This document shows positions 9,605 to 19,913 of a stretch of 56,348 nt of DNA, piece by piece. Source of the DNA: a virus (lineage: Duplodnaviria; Caudoviricetes); the IMG/VR virus record IMGVR_UViG_3300025151_000042, positions 1 to 56,348 of that record. One strand, 5' to 3'. The first letter of the stretch is position 1. Every line of letters starts with the position of its first letter. Both the position numbers and the translations under genes were made by a program. A model generated the notes under the pieces. That model was not told the DNA's origin and did not search any database. It saw only the letters and a program-made list of their open reading frames with translations.

Positions 9605-12600
9605 ATGGTAAGAAGTGTAACAAAAAAATATCAGATATGGCTTGCGGGTTTTTATGATGATTTTAACGGTGCGAGAGCAATACCGGATTACTTACAACTA
9701 CCTTCTGATACATCATACTCAGTAACACTAAGTCATTTTGGAAATCCTATGAATGGCGAGGCTTCTCTTAATCCTCGCTATCGTTGGTCTATTGTAGAAA
9801 GGGAATTAAAGACTAACCACGACGATACACTTTTGGGTACAAACGATGTAAATAGATATTTACGTAACAACGGGGTGTTTGAGTGGTTAAGTAGAGATTC
9901 TAAAAGAAATAGTTATGACGAATGGGAAGGTAGGGTACAACTACAATACCCCGATGGACACGTTGCTAACAGATACAGATTTGGTGGTAGTACATCCGAA
10001 GGAGACGTAGGGTATCAGAGATTTGTTAATGGACACAATACTGCTGCTTCTTACATAGTACCTGTTGGTGCAAACGACGCAACATTTGGTAGAGCAGACA
10101 TGAAAAGATTTGACGCTACAAACTATGCAGCAGAAAACGCAGGGTTTATTTCTACCACAGGAGATTTTGTACAAAGAGCGCACCTTACAGGTTCTTGGAT
10201 GGGAGAAAAAATAACCCAAACCACATCCGAATACAATACTGTTGATGGAGATAATAACCACACAACTTCCCCGTCTAAAGTATTTGCCGAAGTCACTTCT
10301 CCCGCAAAAAAACCCTTTTTATGTGTTCAGACCGTAAGAAAGACCCACGATTCTTCTAGTATTATACCTGCAATTATTTACGATGGACACTTAAACTCAA
10401 GATTAGAAAGAGATACTTTTACCGCAAGAATAGCACTAAGAAGTTTTATCGCAAAAGGTTCAACTGATTGGACTAAAGTAGGAATACAATTTGAAATAGG
10501 TTTTGCTGCTACACAAGCGGGATTATTAAACGATACGGGTTACACAGGTACACCTGAAATAGATTACATCTTAAAATTAAATGATACTAACGAACCACAG
10601 TACGATACTTTGGGATTACTATATGATGGTAGTACGGCGCAAAGTTATACTAACGATAACACTTGGTTAGACATTGACTTTGTTATGAAATATGCAACAG
10701 GTAAATATGATGTTTACTTAAACGGTACTAGAATAGAAACCGACCTTGCTTTGGCTAGTGGTACTAGTGTAACACCTGCAAATCTATATGGCTTTCAAAT
10801 AACTACCAACACAAGACAAGGTTTAGCCGCTAATCAAGGTTATGTTTCTTATCTTATGCTAGATAGAGTAGGTATGGTTAGGTGTCTTACTGACGACATT
10901 ACTACTACTGACGAAGTGCAAATTAAATCTCTAAGAAATAATAGGGGTGTAAACTCAGTAAGTACTTGTAACGTAGTTATAACTGATGATGCGGATAGGA
11001 CAAACGGTAATACTGGGTTACTCGCAACAGATTATGTAGAAAACTTAAAAGATTTATTTGTTACTGATTCTCCTTTAGATTGGGAATTATTAGTGTTTAG
11101 TGATACGAATAGTAGGATAGATAGACCTGTATGGAGAGGTACAGTTAATAGTTTTAAGATAAATCAAAATAAAAGAACTAGGGAAATACAATTTAGTGCT
11201 AACGATGGATTGAGATTTTTAGACAATCAAGTGCCACTTTGGGAAATAGGGCAGGAAGGATTAAATGATAACTTAGGTAAAACACCTTATTGGTTGTATG
11301 ATGCACAGGGTTTTAAGGAAATAATGAACTTAGGTGCAACAAAATTAAAATTAACAGGTAGTGATGTTGGGTTTGAAAGAGATAGTAGTTATTTAGAAAC
11401 GTCAACACAAAGAATGCAAAGTAATTCCGGTTTACCTATACAAATGTATAACAATGAAAATCCTATATACGGACCAAATGACATAGAAAATTATTATGAG
11501 GGTGTGGGTATAATAGGTTTTCAAAAAGATACTTCGGGTAATACCTTGGTATATATGAATGATGATTCGCATACTATAACTACTTCTTCAACAGTAAGTA
11601 TATTAGGAACAAAACATAATGCTACTAATATAAGTCCTACCGCAGTCTCAGTAGACAAACTAACTTTAACTTTTGCTTCCGGTGATTTGCCTTTTTCTGC
11701 GGAAACAGCAAAAATAATATACATAGGAAAATATGAGCCACCTACTGAATTAGACCACACGAATTGGCAAATAAGTAATACTTTAACTGATGTTTATAGA
11801 AACTCCACGTATTTTCCCGCTTGGTATAAACACTTAACTCCTAAAAGTGGCCCTTGGTATATGAATGTGTTTTTCGATGCAGACCCTAGTTTAGAAGTTG
11901 GTGATTATTTTTACATTAATCAAGAGGCTATGGATAACTCAACAGCACTTAACTCAGCATATACAGGTAGGCTCAAAGTTAAAAGTGTTAGAAAAATACA
12001 AAGTATTTATACTAATTACTTTACACAACCCGAAAAAGGCGGTACTTACGGGGCTTACATTACCTCACCTACATATATATGGGCGGTACAAACATTTACT
12101 CCATACCCTTCATCTTTAACAGAACATGGTGTTTACACGCCCGAAACTACATTAGATGGCGCACTTTCTTCCGGTGCATCTAGTATCACATTAACTGATG
12201 CTTCTAATTTTGGCACTTCGGGAACAGGAATAATAATAATACCTACTTATTTTAATAACATACCTACTAACCTAGATACATGGGGAACTGTAGATGTAGA
12301 TTATGATGTATTTACTTGGACAGGAAAAAGCAGTAACACTTTAACTGGTGTTAGTGGGGTAGGTGTTTCTCATTTAGATAATGCAGTTGTTTTCCAACAT
12401 TTTCCTAAACCGGCAGATGATTTATTAGTTAATAATGAAAGATTTCAATGGTCTAAAGATACTTCCGCAACAGTAATTGGTACATTTACTGATACAACAG
12501 AACCCATAAAACACAGGGTTATACAGGCTAGGTGGATGAGAGATTTACCTTTATCCTTATGGTTTAAGTATCAATTTGGTATAGTAAAAAAAGACCCTGT

Positions 12601-15600
12601 TAACAATACTATTACAGGTACGGCAAATCAATATGGTTTAATACATCAAGGGGCAGACCAAACCCTAAACTCAAGTACGACTAGTATAAGAGTAACACAA
12701 ACTACATACGATTCAGCCCCAGTTAGCGGTGTTGCTGAATTATGGAAAGCACCAACTACACCTTTGATAACGGCATCTGATAATGTTTATCAAGAAAAGT
12801 TTATTTATACCGGAAAACAAACTACTGGGGGTATTTATTATTTGACAGGTGTTAAGTATATTACAGGTAGTTATACTACATCAGATGCAAGCAGTTCTCC
12901 ACCATATTACTACTTAAAGTTCCAAGACCATAAAGATGATTACAAACACATTTGGTTACTTTGGGCTGACATGAGAAATAACGGACAGGCAAACGCAGAC
13001 GGTGAGTTAAGAAAAGAAAGTTTTGGTTTGCAGTACCCACTAAGAGATAATTATGAATTACAAATGTATTTTGCAGACCAATTTGATGAAAATGGTAACG
13101 TAGATAAGTTTGGTAGCCTTAACATAGGAGAAGATATACATATATGGAATATGGATGCCACTAATGACCCTATTACAAATGGTCCATTTTCTAAACCCGC
13201 AGATTATTCTTCCGGTGTTGTAGTTACTAGTCTAGCAGATGCAAGCGGTAAATTAAAAATACTAACTTCTGACACAGGTACAGTAGCCGTAGGAGATTAC
13301 ATACACCTAACAGGTAGTCTTAATCACGATGGGATGCATAGGGTTGCTACAGGCGGATTGAGTAGTAATACTCATTTTATCACCGAAACTACATATGTTA
13401 GTACTACCTTAAATGCAGGTGGTGGGAAATATTATACCACAACAGGTAGCGATAAGGATTTATCGGTGTACCAAGATTGGGAGGACAAAGGCGGCTCTTT
13501 CTTAGTTATAGATGCTTCGCCTTTCTTTAACCTTAATACTAATGCTAACGGTAGTAAGACGGGGCAGACTTCCGGTGGAAGAACAGACCTAACTGATTAC
13601 GTACAAGAAAGAGAGGGTTTCCCTGCACTAATAGATAATTATTGGGCGGAAGCATTACCTTCTTATCAAACCACAGGTGATATAACATTAGAACATCCGG
13701 CACAGTATAGGCTACTTTCTGATGCTTCATTAGCAAGTGATAATTTACAAAATGGCTACAAAGGATTACCTATTGATGACCCTAGTAAGTTTGATGATAG
13801 CGGGGTAGGAAAAATAATAGAAAGACTAGAAAATACTGATACAGCCGACCCCGAATATTTATTTTTATGGCATAGCAAACTAGATACAAAATACACTTCT
13901 ACAGGTGGTTCACAAATCCAAACTGCGATAGATGGGGGGGCTAACACCCAAGTTCAATACGGTGTAGGTAATACGTTTGTATCTAGTGGATTAAAAGAAG
14001 GTATGTTAATTAATAATATAAGAAGCGGTACTGTTACCCCACAATACATAATTGAAGTTGTATCTGATTTAATCTTAAAGGTAAGTGGCGTTTGGCAAGG
14101 AGGCGATACTTTTGAAGTGCCACCACAATTAGGGAAAGTGTATATAGCACCGTCTGATGACATAACGGTTACTGCTGCTGATGATTTAACTTCTTTAGAG
14201 CAACAAGTTAGAGATTCATTTGCGGCAACAGCCCAAACTTGGGATGATTACGGCTTAACTGGTCTTAGTATAGAAGAGGGGAAGGAAATTGAAGTTCACT
14301 CCACAGTTCATTCAGCATTTATGCTTAGATTATTAATGCACCTAAAAGGTAATATTAAAAATAAAAATAGTGGTACTTTTTGGGAAAGCGATAAGTTTAG
14401 AACACTATGGAATGCTGCAATTATGGACACTTGGTTGCCACCAACAACAGTTAGAAACATTTACGATATTAATAATATACCTATTACTTCTAAGATGAGT
14501 ACCTATAACTCTACTACTAGTAGCGATAGTTACGGTTCGGTAGTTGACAGTAGAGGTAGTACATTTTTAAGTACAATTAAAAAAATACACAACAATAGTG
14601 GTATAGGTACAGAAAATAACCTTAATACTACTTTTTCTTATCTAGTAGGTAAAGATAATAGGTTTGAGTTTAGACCTAAATACAATAGTAATATATCTTT
14701 TACTAGAAATAATATAACTATGAATAATATGGCTGCAAACATTTCTTCACAAGTTACTAATGTTCGTGTGTATTATAACAACGGACAAAGTTTTGTGGAT
14801 TATCCGGCCACAAACCTTACAGACACTACTAGGTGGAAGATATTACAATTCCCTAAAGTAACACAAAGTTTTGAGGCAACAGTTTTGGCTAAAAAAGAAT
14901 ATGACAACTATAAAAAATCTCCCTTAAAAATAAATGTAAGTCCAATTTTAGATGGAAATTACAAAATGATAGAAACAGGTAGGCATGGTTACATAGCAGA
15001 TTCTTATGTTGCTTTAGAAGGTACAGATGATGATTACACTAAAGTGTGTAACTGGACTAGATTAGGTACAGGTGGTGCGTTGTTTAATGGTATGGTAAAC
15101 GCATTAGACGGAAACATGAAAACATCTACTAATTTGTATGCAAGGTATGGTGTAAGTAAAGACGCTACGACAAGTGGCGATATTTCTTGGAATGACAACT
15201 ATTATTGGTATGGTAGTGGTTCAGTATCTAATGCTGTACAAATAGTGCATATACCTAACAACACCCCACTTGTTAGCGATAATCATTCACATCCTATGCG
15301 TATATGGGTAGATTTGAAAAGCGGTCAATCAGGAACAGATATAGACAATGCTGAGTTTACTATACACGTAGCAGATTATTCCTTTTCCGGTGAAACTAGA
15401 ACAGCGACAAGTCAAAGTGCAGCAAGCGTAAATGTAAAACATAGTGGTTTTTATGAGTTGGCTTTACCTTCGACATATAGTGATACAAGCGTAGGTAACA
15501 TGGTAGTTAGTTTTAACGCAGAATATTGTAGGGCTTTATTACGTCATAGATGTGGCGACCCAACAGACGCTAATATCTTAGCACAAGTAGCAACAAACAC

Positions 15601-16726
15601 TAACACAATATTCCCTCTAGGTATGAGAGAATACAGCGAAATGGGTGGATTTAAGACTACTAGAGCAGAATGGTATGCACCTAAGATTCTAATAACAAAA
15701 GACTTGTCTTACACCCCCGCTACTTATGTAACAATGACTGATGCAGGATTAGGTATGGCTACGGCAGAAACTATGGTTATACAAAGAGTTGAGTGGTCTA
15801 TTAGTGCGGGAAGAACAGAAGATGTAAAATTAACATTAGAAAGAAATGAATCAATTGGCGCTCAAGGTATTATTGCTAGATTATACGCACAGAATAATGA
15901 TGATTTACAAGTAGGGCAAGATTTAGGACAACAATCGGGAACAGGAAGTGTATTAGACGGTAATAACGAAGATGTAACAATACCCAATAATCCTAGCAAC
16001 GAAGCATTAGACGATGACACTCAAAAGAAACAAAATGGTACGGAAGATGGTAATGCAGAAGCGACGGATAGTTTTTCTAGGGGTAAAAGAAGTCCTGCAT
16101 TAAGTAGGGGTAGTAGAATGAGTCTACAAAACGATTTCTTATCTGCTAATAGTAAGTTTTCTATATTAGGCCAAGAGAGAATACCAATTACACCTTCTAA
16201 CATGAGAAGTATAGAAGGTATGGATGTTGAAATAACCCCTATATCGGGTAGTGCTGTTGTAACATCAGAAGGATATATTTTTGCTAGTAAGGGATTACAA
16301 GATACTGATGATTCTTCTATAACTAATCAAGAAGTATCTATTGAAACGTCATTCGTAGTACCTAGTGATATAATGAATAATATCTTATCTATACAAGCGT
16401 CATTAAGCAACGGTGGTATCTATAATGATAATAGCGTTGTGGTGTTATACATAACAGCAACTTGTTTAGAGACAAACACTAGTGTTGAACACACAGTAAG
16501 GGTGGGTGGTGGTATAGAAAAGAAAACTATATCTCTAATGCCTACTACTATATTAAATGGTTTAGATACTGTTGGTAATAATATTAAGATAACAATAACT
16601 AGAAAACCAAATGTAGGTAATGATAAATCCACATCATCATTAGTACTACATAATTTAGAAGTAAATATGAGACGAGCCGCAGCCAATACCAAATCTAACT
16701 CTAGTCAATTTTCTACTATCACTTAA
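9605..16726 (+). CDS. giant tail tip/hub and receptor-binding protein (2373 aa)
   Basis: Follows the tape measure gene; Thr/Ser/Gly/Asn-rich beta structure; hub-like segments (VWRGTV...FSANDGLRFL; FEFRP...VTNVRVYY). Confidence 0.7.
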   Translation: MVRSVTKKYQIWLAGFYDDFNGARAIPDYLQLPSDTSYSVTLSHFGNPMNGEASLNPRYRWSIVERELKTNHDDTLLGTNDVNRYLRNNGVFEWLSRDSKRNSYDEWEGRVQLQYPDGHVANRYRFGGSTSEGDVGYQRFVNGHNTAASYIVPVGANDATFGRADMKRFDATNYAAENAGFISTTGDFVQRAHLTGSWMGEKITQTTSEYNTVDGDNNHTTSPSKVFAEVTSPAKKPFLCVQTVRKTHDSSSIIPAIIYDGHLNSRLERDTFTARIALRSFIAKGSTDWTKVGIQFEIGFAATQAGLLNDTGYTGTPEIDYILKLNDTNEPQYDTLGLLYDGSTAQSYTNDNTWLDIDFVMKYATGKYDVYLNGTRIETDLALASGTSVTPANLYGFQITTNTRQGLAANQGYVSYLMLDRVGMVRCLTDDITTTDEVQIKSLRNNRGVNSVSTCNVVITDDADRTNGNTGLLATDYVENLKDLFVTDSPLDWELLVFSDTNSRIDRPVWRGTVNSFKINQNKRTREIQFSANDGLRFLDNQVPLWEIGQEGLNDNLGKTPYWLYDAQGFKEIMNLGATKLKLTGSDVGFERDSSYLETSTQRMQSNSGLPIQMYNNENPIYGPNDIENYYEGVGIIGFQKDTSGNTLVYMNDDSHTITTSSTVSILGTKHNATNISPTAVSVDKLTLTFASGDLPFSAETAKIIYIGKYEPPTELDHTNWQISNTLTDVYRNSTYFPAWYKHLTPKSGPWYMNVFFDADPSLEVGDYFYINQEAMDNSTALNSAYTGRLKVKSVRKIQSIYTNYFTQPEKGGTYGAYITSPTYIWAVQTFTPYPSSLTEHGVYTPETTLDGALSSGASSITLTDASNFGTSGTGIIIIPTYFNNIPTNLDTWGTVDVDYDVFTWTGKSSNTLTGVSGVGVSHLDNAVVFQHFPKPADDLLVNNERFQWSKDTSATVIGTFTDTTEPIKHRVIQARWMRDLPLSLWFKYQFGIVKKDPVNNTITGTANQYGLIHQGADQTLNSSTTSIRVTQTTYDSAPVSGVAELWKAPTTPLITASDNVYQEKFIYTGKQTTGGIYYLTGVKYITGSYTTSDASSSPPYYYLKFQDHKDDYKHIWLLWADMRNNGQANADGELRKESFGLQYPLRDNYELQMYFADQFDENGNVDKFGSLNIGEDIHIWNMDATNDPITNGPFSKPADYSSGVVVTSLADASGKLKILTSDTGTVAVGDYIHLTGSLNHDGMHRVATGGLSSNTHFITETTYVSTTLNAGGGKYYTTTGSDKDLSVYQDWEDKGGSFLVIDASPFFNLNTNANGSKTGQTSGGRTDLTDYVQEREGFPALIDNYWAEALPSYQTTGDITLEHPAQYRLLSDASLASDNLQNGYKGLPIDDPSKFDDSGVGKIIERLENTDTADPEYLFLWHSKLDTKYTSTGGSQIQTAIDGGANTQVQYGVGNTFVSSGLKEGMLINNIRSGTVTPQYIIEVVSDLILKVSGVWQGGDTFEVPPQLGKVYIAPSDDITVTAADDLTSLEQQVRDSFAATAQTWDDYGLTGLSIEEGKEIEVHSTVHSAFMLRLLMHLKGNIKNKNSGTFWESDKFRTLWNAAIMDTWLPPTTVRNIYDINNIPITSKMSTYNSTTSSDSYGSVVDSRGSTFLSTIKKIHNNSGIGTENNLNTTFSYLVGKDNRFEFRPKYNSNISFTRNNITMNNMAANISSQVTNVRVYYNNGQSFVDYPATNLTDTTRWKILQFPKVTQSFEATVLAKKEYDNYKKSPLKINVSPILDGNYKMIETGRHGYIADSYVALEGTDDDYTKVCNWTRLGTGGALFNGMVNALDGNMKTSTNLYARYGVSKDATTSGDISWNDNYYWYGSGSVSNAVQIVHIPNNTPLVSDNHSHPMRIWVDLKSGQSGTDIDNAEFTIHVADYSFSGETRTATSQSAASVNVKHSGFYELALPSTYSDTSVGNMVVSFNAEYCRALLRHRCGDPTDANILAQVATNTNTIFPLGMREYSEMGGFKTTRAEWYAPKILITKDLSYTPATYVTMTDAGLGMATAETMVIQRVEWSISAGRTEDVKLTLERNESIGAQGIIARLYAQNNDDLQVGQDLGQQSGTGSVLDGNNEDVTIPNNPSNEALDDDTQKKQNGTEDGNAEATDSFSRGKRSPALSRGSRMSLQNDFLSANSKFSILGQERIPITPSNMRSIEGMDVEITPISGSAVVTSEGYIFASKGLQDTDDSSITNQEVSIETSFVVPSDIMNNILSIQASLSNGGIYNDNSVVVLYITATCLETNTSVEHTVRVGGGIEKKTISLMPTTILNGLDTVGNNIKITITRKPNVGNDKSTSSLVLHNLEVNMRRAAANTKSNSSQFSTIT

Positions 16727-17426
16727 GTGGTACATCGTCTAGATTATTTCTAAGGGCTAGTATATCTTGCGCTCTTTGTCTGCCTACACCTTTGACAGCC
16801 ATAACTGCTTTTTGTGTAGTCCTAAGTCTTAGTAGTTTAGGTATGCTACCAAACTCTTCTAACAAATCCTTAGCCATAGTAGGTGTTACTCCTTTTACAG
16901 AAGATAAGATTTGGATTCTTGGGTCTAAATCGCTCTTTTTTATGGCTTTTTGTGTATCAGAATCGTGTCTAGAAAAAGCCATTCCTAGTTGGGTATGATT
17001 TACTACTAACCATTCAATAAACTCTTCCATTGTAGCCAGTTCCATATACTTAATTTTAGGGAATCTTTGATGAAATGTCATCTTGAATTGCGTATTTACT
17101 TTTTTCATTCTAGCCATTTCCATAGCAGTTTGTTTTGCTGTCGGCCTACCCCCATGAACATAGGGTTTTAATTTTGTACCGTACACTACTAAGACTGGGT
17201 TTTCGTAGTTGTCTTGTAAATCTCTTAACTGAGATACGATAGTTCTATTCCTACCAATACCAAGAATAGAACGGTATAAATCATTAATCTCTTTGGCTTC
17301 AACGCCCCAATCTCCCATAGCATAATCAGCACTCACCATTCTACATACTTTTACGTTATTTTCACCCATACGCATTAACAACTTATTAACTACTTTAGGG
17401 TTTTCTCTATCATCTACTAGTAACAT
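16719..17426 (-). CDS. ERCC4/XPF-family nuclease with C-terminal HhH2
   Basis: VDDRE, ADY and VEAKEINDL catalytic motifs; two HhH motifs (VKGVTPTMA, VKGVGRQRA). Confidence 0.85.
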   Translation of the reverse strand: MLLVDDRENPKVVNKLLMRMGENNVKVCRMVSADYAMGDWGVEAKEINDLYRSILGIGRNRTIVSQLRDLQDNYENPVLVVYGTKLKPYVHGGRPTAKQTAMEMARMKKVNTQFKMTFHQRFPKIKYMELATMEEFIEWLVVNHTQLGMAFSRHDSDTQKAIKKSDLDPRIQILSSVKGVTPTMAKDLLEEFGSIPKLLRLRTTQKAVMAVKGVGRQRAQDILALRNNLDDVPLK

Positions 17427-17427
17427 C

Positions 17428-17586
17428 TTACCATCCTAATGTATGGTAGACTTCTCCCTCTAATATAATGATATGTGAATTACAACTTCTGCAATACTTT
17501 TCTCTTTCTGTTTTTAGTGTCCAATCGTGCTTACATAAGTTGCAGCATTCCATTTCTTTTTCCGTTAAATTAATTAAGTTCATCAT
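17428..17586 (-). CDS. small Zn-finger protein (52 aa), not in ORF track
   Basis: CNLC...CRSC; gap-filling and co-oriented. Confidence 0.6.
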   Translation of the reverse strand: MMNLINLTEKEMECCNLCKHDWTLKTEREKYCRSCNSHIIILEGEVYHTLGW

Positions 17587-17588
17587 TT

Positions 17589-18596
17589 TTATTCTCTCCT
17601 TGTACCGTCATCTCTCCAACAAGAACCTTTACATCCTACGTTAGTAGATAGCCAAGAACAAGACGGTGGTTGTTCGTGGTCTATGATAGAAAATAATTGC
17701 ATCCTAGACATACTAGGTTTGAAGTCTCTCCACTTTAGTTTTTCGATAAAAGCAACTGCTTCGTCTACTATCTTTCTTTTGTCAGTCATAGACAAAGTTT
17801 TTGGGTCAGCAAAGAGTCTAAGATTTTCTACTAAATGATACCCTAAAGCCAACCTAACAGGGTGTTTAGGGTTTTCGTGAGTCATAGCAGAAGCGATACA
17901 TGGTGGTACGGGTATTTGACCGGAAGAAGTGATTTCTCCGTGAAATACATTAGTGTTTAGTTCTTTAGGTATTGGGTTGTTAGCAATCCATTTTACTATA
18001 TCAAAATCACTATCTACAACTTTACCTCTAAATGGGTCATGTATATTGTAATCTTTGTTGGGTGTAGTAGGAATATCATAATTTAGTGGGTCTTTTACAA
18101 AATCTTCGGTAGGTATATTGACTGCCCATCTACCTCTCTTCGTGTTGTAGGTGTTTGGTATTCTAGTAAGTTTTTGTGGGTGTCCTACACCATCTAATGT
18201 AGGTAAATCCTTAGCCACACTTCTTTCGTACCTATCTATGTGTTTAGCGATACTAGTACCGATTACAGGCCGCTTAAACATTTGGTGTACATGAAAACCC
18301 CTACCTGTAAATACAGTTCTTATATCACCGTCTAGTCGAGATATGAGCGTAGCAACGTCATTCTTTACATCATCCATAGAGCCACCTTCTTCAATGTCAA
18401 AATCCCACCATGCTCTATCCATAATAACACTCTCTACATCGTATTTCCAAGGTCTTGTCGGGTCTTTTCTTTGGAACGCATAGAGGGAAGTGTAACAGGA
18501 TGCTTTTCCGTTTACCTTATCTATGTATTCATCAAAACTTTTACGGGAAAAACATTGTGAACGGCGAAGCCCAATCTCTCTAGGGAATAATAACAT
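17589..18596 (-). CDS. archaeo-eukaryotic primase, PriS catalytic domain fused to PriL-type Fe-S C-terminal domain
   Basis: WDFD, TGRGFHV and RIPNTYN catalytic motifs; C-terminal PPCI...HPVRLAL...PPSC...C...C. Confidence 0.85.
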   Translation of the reverse strand: MLLFPREIGLRRSQCFSRKSFDEYIDKVNGKASCYTSLYAFQRKDPTRPWKYDVESVIMDRAWWDFDIEEGGSMDDVKNDVATLISRLDGDIRTVFTGRGFHVHQMFKRPVIGTSIAKHIDRYERSVAKDLPTLDGVGHPQKLTRIPNTYNTKRGRWAVNIPTEDFVKDPLNYDIPTTPNKDYNIHDPFRGKVVDSDFDIVKWIANNPIPKELNTNVFHGEITSSGQIPVPPCIASAMTHENPKHPVRLALGYHLVENLRLFADPKTLSMTDKRKIVDEAVAFIEKLKWRDFKPSMSRMQLFSIIDHEQPPSCSWLSTNVGCKGSCWRDDGTRRE

Positions 18597-18599
18597 ATA

Positions 18600-18761
18600 T
18601 CATTCCACCGCAAAAGTATAAGTTGCGCCACACGAACAGGCTAATAACGTCATCAATTCCGGTTTGTGTCCTTCTTGTCCAGTTATTCTCCAAACTTCTT
18701 CTTCGCCTTCCCAAGCATCCATTTCTCCACAAGATTGACATATTATTTCCGGTTTATTCAT
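18600..18761 (-). CDS. small Zn-ribbon protein (53 aa), not in ORF track
   Basis: CQSCG...CSCG; overlaps the stop of the upstream gene. Confidence 0.6.
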   Translation of the reverse strand: MNKPEIICQSCGEMDAWEGEEEVWRITGQEGHKPELMTLLACSCGATYTFAVE

Positions 18762-19605
18762 CTGTATTCCACTCCTTAATGCCGTTCAATTCTGCCTCAC
18801 AATCTAGTGAAAAATCACACCACATTGGGCAGAAATAATCATTCCAATTCATAGGCCATTGTTGGGAAGTAAGAGACTCAATAGTGTCATATAATGATTC
18901 CTCAAATATTTTATACGACCTTTCTCTAAATGGCTCTAAAAGAGCGAAACCTTTCTCCGCACCAATCCACATAGTTTTACCTCTCTTATTACCTTCCAAT
19001 AATAATTTATCTTCTACGTCATATTCGTAATCGGGACTAATGTATAAGAAGTGAGAGACTTCATCATAATCTAATTTTCTAAGTAATCTTGTATAGTAAA
19101 CTAATTCTTTACGGGTTCTACTTAATTTAGACATAGACATATTACCCGTCTTTAATTCTACTAAAATCAACTGTTTTGTATCGGGATGTCTAAGCACTCC
19201 ATCTATCAAACCAACCCATACAACGGGCTGTCCGTTTAACTCTTCATAAACTTGATGCTTTACTTCTGCCTCTACAACCTCAAAGCCGCCCATATCATAG
19301 GCTATTTGATGCAATAGAAGGTTTAATGAATCAACTCCGTCATCGTCTGCTACGCCTTCTTCTGCTGCCGCTTCCATCAGCACGTCAGCACCGTCTAATA
19401 AACCTCTCTCCATAACATTATGTATGGCGACACCACGAATCATTTCTTCTGTACGCGGTGGGGTAGGTATATCAGCAACATAGCGCCAATAATATTGTCT
19501 AGGACACATATTGTAAGTCATAAAGGATGACTTACTTACTCTTAAGGAAGAATTATTACTTGGTATATATGATGATTCTTTTATTTGTTCTTCACTCGCT
19601 TTCAT
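18754..19605 (-). CDS. Cas4/AddB-like PD-(D/E)XK exonuclease with Fe-S cysteines
   Basis: CPRQY, G..IH, GLIDG, VELKTG and C-terminal CPMWCDFSLDC; start taken at MKASEE. Confidence 0.85.
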   Translation of the reverse strand: MKASEEQIKESSYIPSNNSSLRVSKSSFMTYNMCPRQYYWRYVADIPTPPRTEEMIRGVAIHNVMERGLLDGADVLMEAAAEEGVADDDGVDSLNLLLHQIAYDMGGFEVVEAEVKHQVYEELNGQPVVWVGLIDGVLRHPDTKQLILVELKTGNMSMSKLSRTRKELVYYTRLLRKLDYDEVSHFLYISPDYEYDVEDKLLLEGNKRGKTMWIGAEKGFALLEPFRERSYKIFEESLYDTIESLTSQQWPMNWNDYFCPMWCDFSLDCEAELNGIKEWNTDE

Positions 19606-19879
19606 CGGAAACAACTCCGTTATCCCAATCCTCAAAAGAAGTTTGGCTCTTACCGAACAAATCCGAACCACACATAGGACACATATCTTCTACTGGTATA
19701 TTAGGTAATAATGGCCTCATAATTTCTTCGCCACAAGAATGACAAGAAACTCTATCCATTTTATCTATATCAATCAACAAGTTATACATCATACTTTGTA
19801 ATTTTACTATATCTATACTCATATGTTGTATTATATTGACAGTCTCTCGCATAAACATCTGCACATCATCATCTTTCAT
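19592..19879 (-). CDS. Zn-finger protein with PIP-box-like C-terminal motif
   Basis: CHSC...CPMC and QTSFEDW. Confidence 0.6.
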   Translation of the reverse strand: MKDDDVQMFMRETVNIIQHMSIDIVKLQSMMYNLLIDIDKMDRVSCHSCGEEIMRPLLPNIPVEDMCPMCGSDLFGKSQTSFEDWDNGVVSDESE

Positions 19880-19913
19880 ATTTATCTCACCTTATTACTA
19901 CTATTATAAAGTT

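Noticed and set aside
16476-16485. ACACTAGTGT palindrome inside the giant tail gene
   Set aside because: Lacks the hairpin, GGATTT and T-tract context; probably chance in a CTAG-rich genome.
4939-16692. Many - strand ORFs inside the structural genes
   Set aside because: Antisense shadows of long, well-supported + strand CDSs; no SD or recognisable motifs.
18754-19605. Cas4 as evidence of a CRISPR-Cas system
   Set aside because: Stand-alone Cas4-like nucleases are routine in archaeal virus replication modules; no cas1 or array is present.
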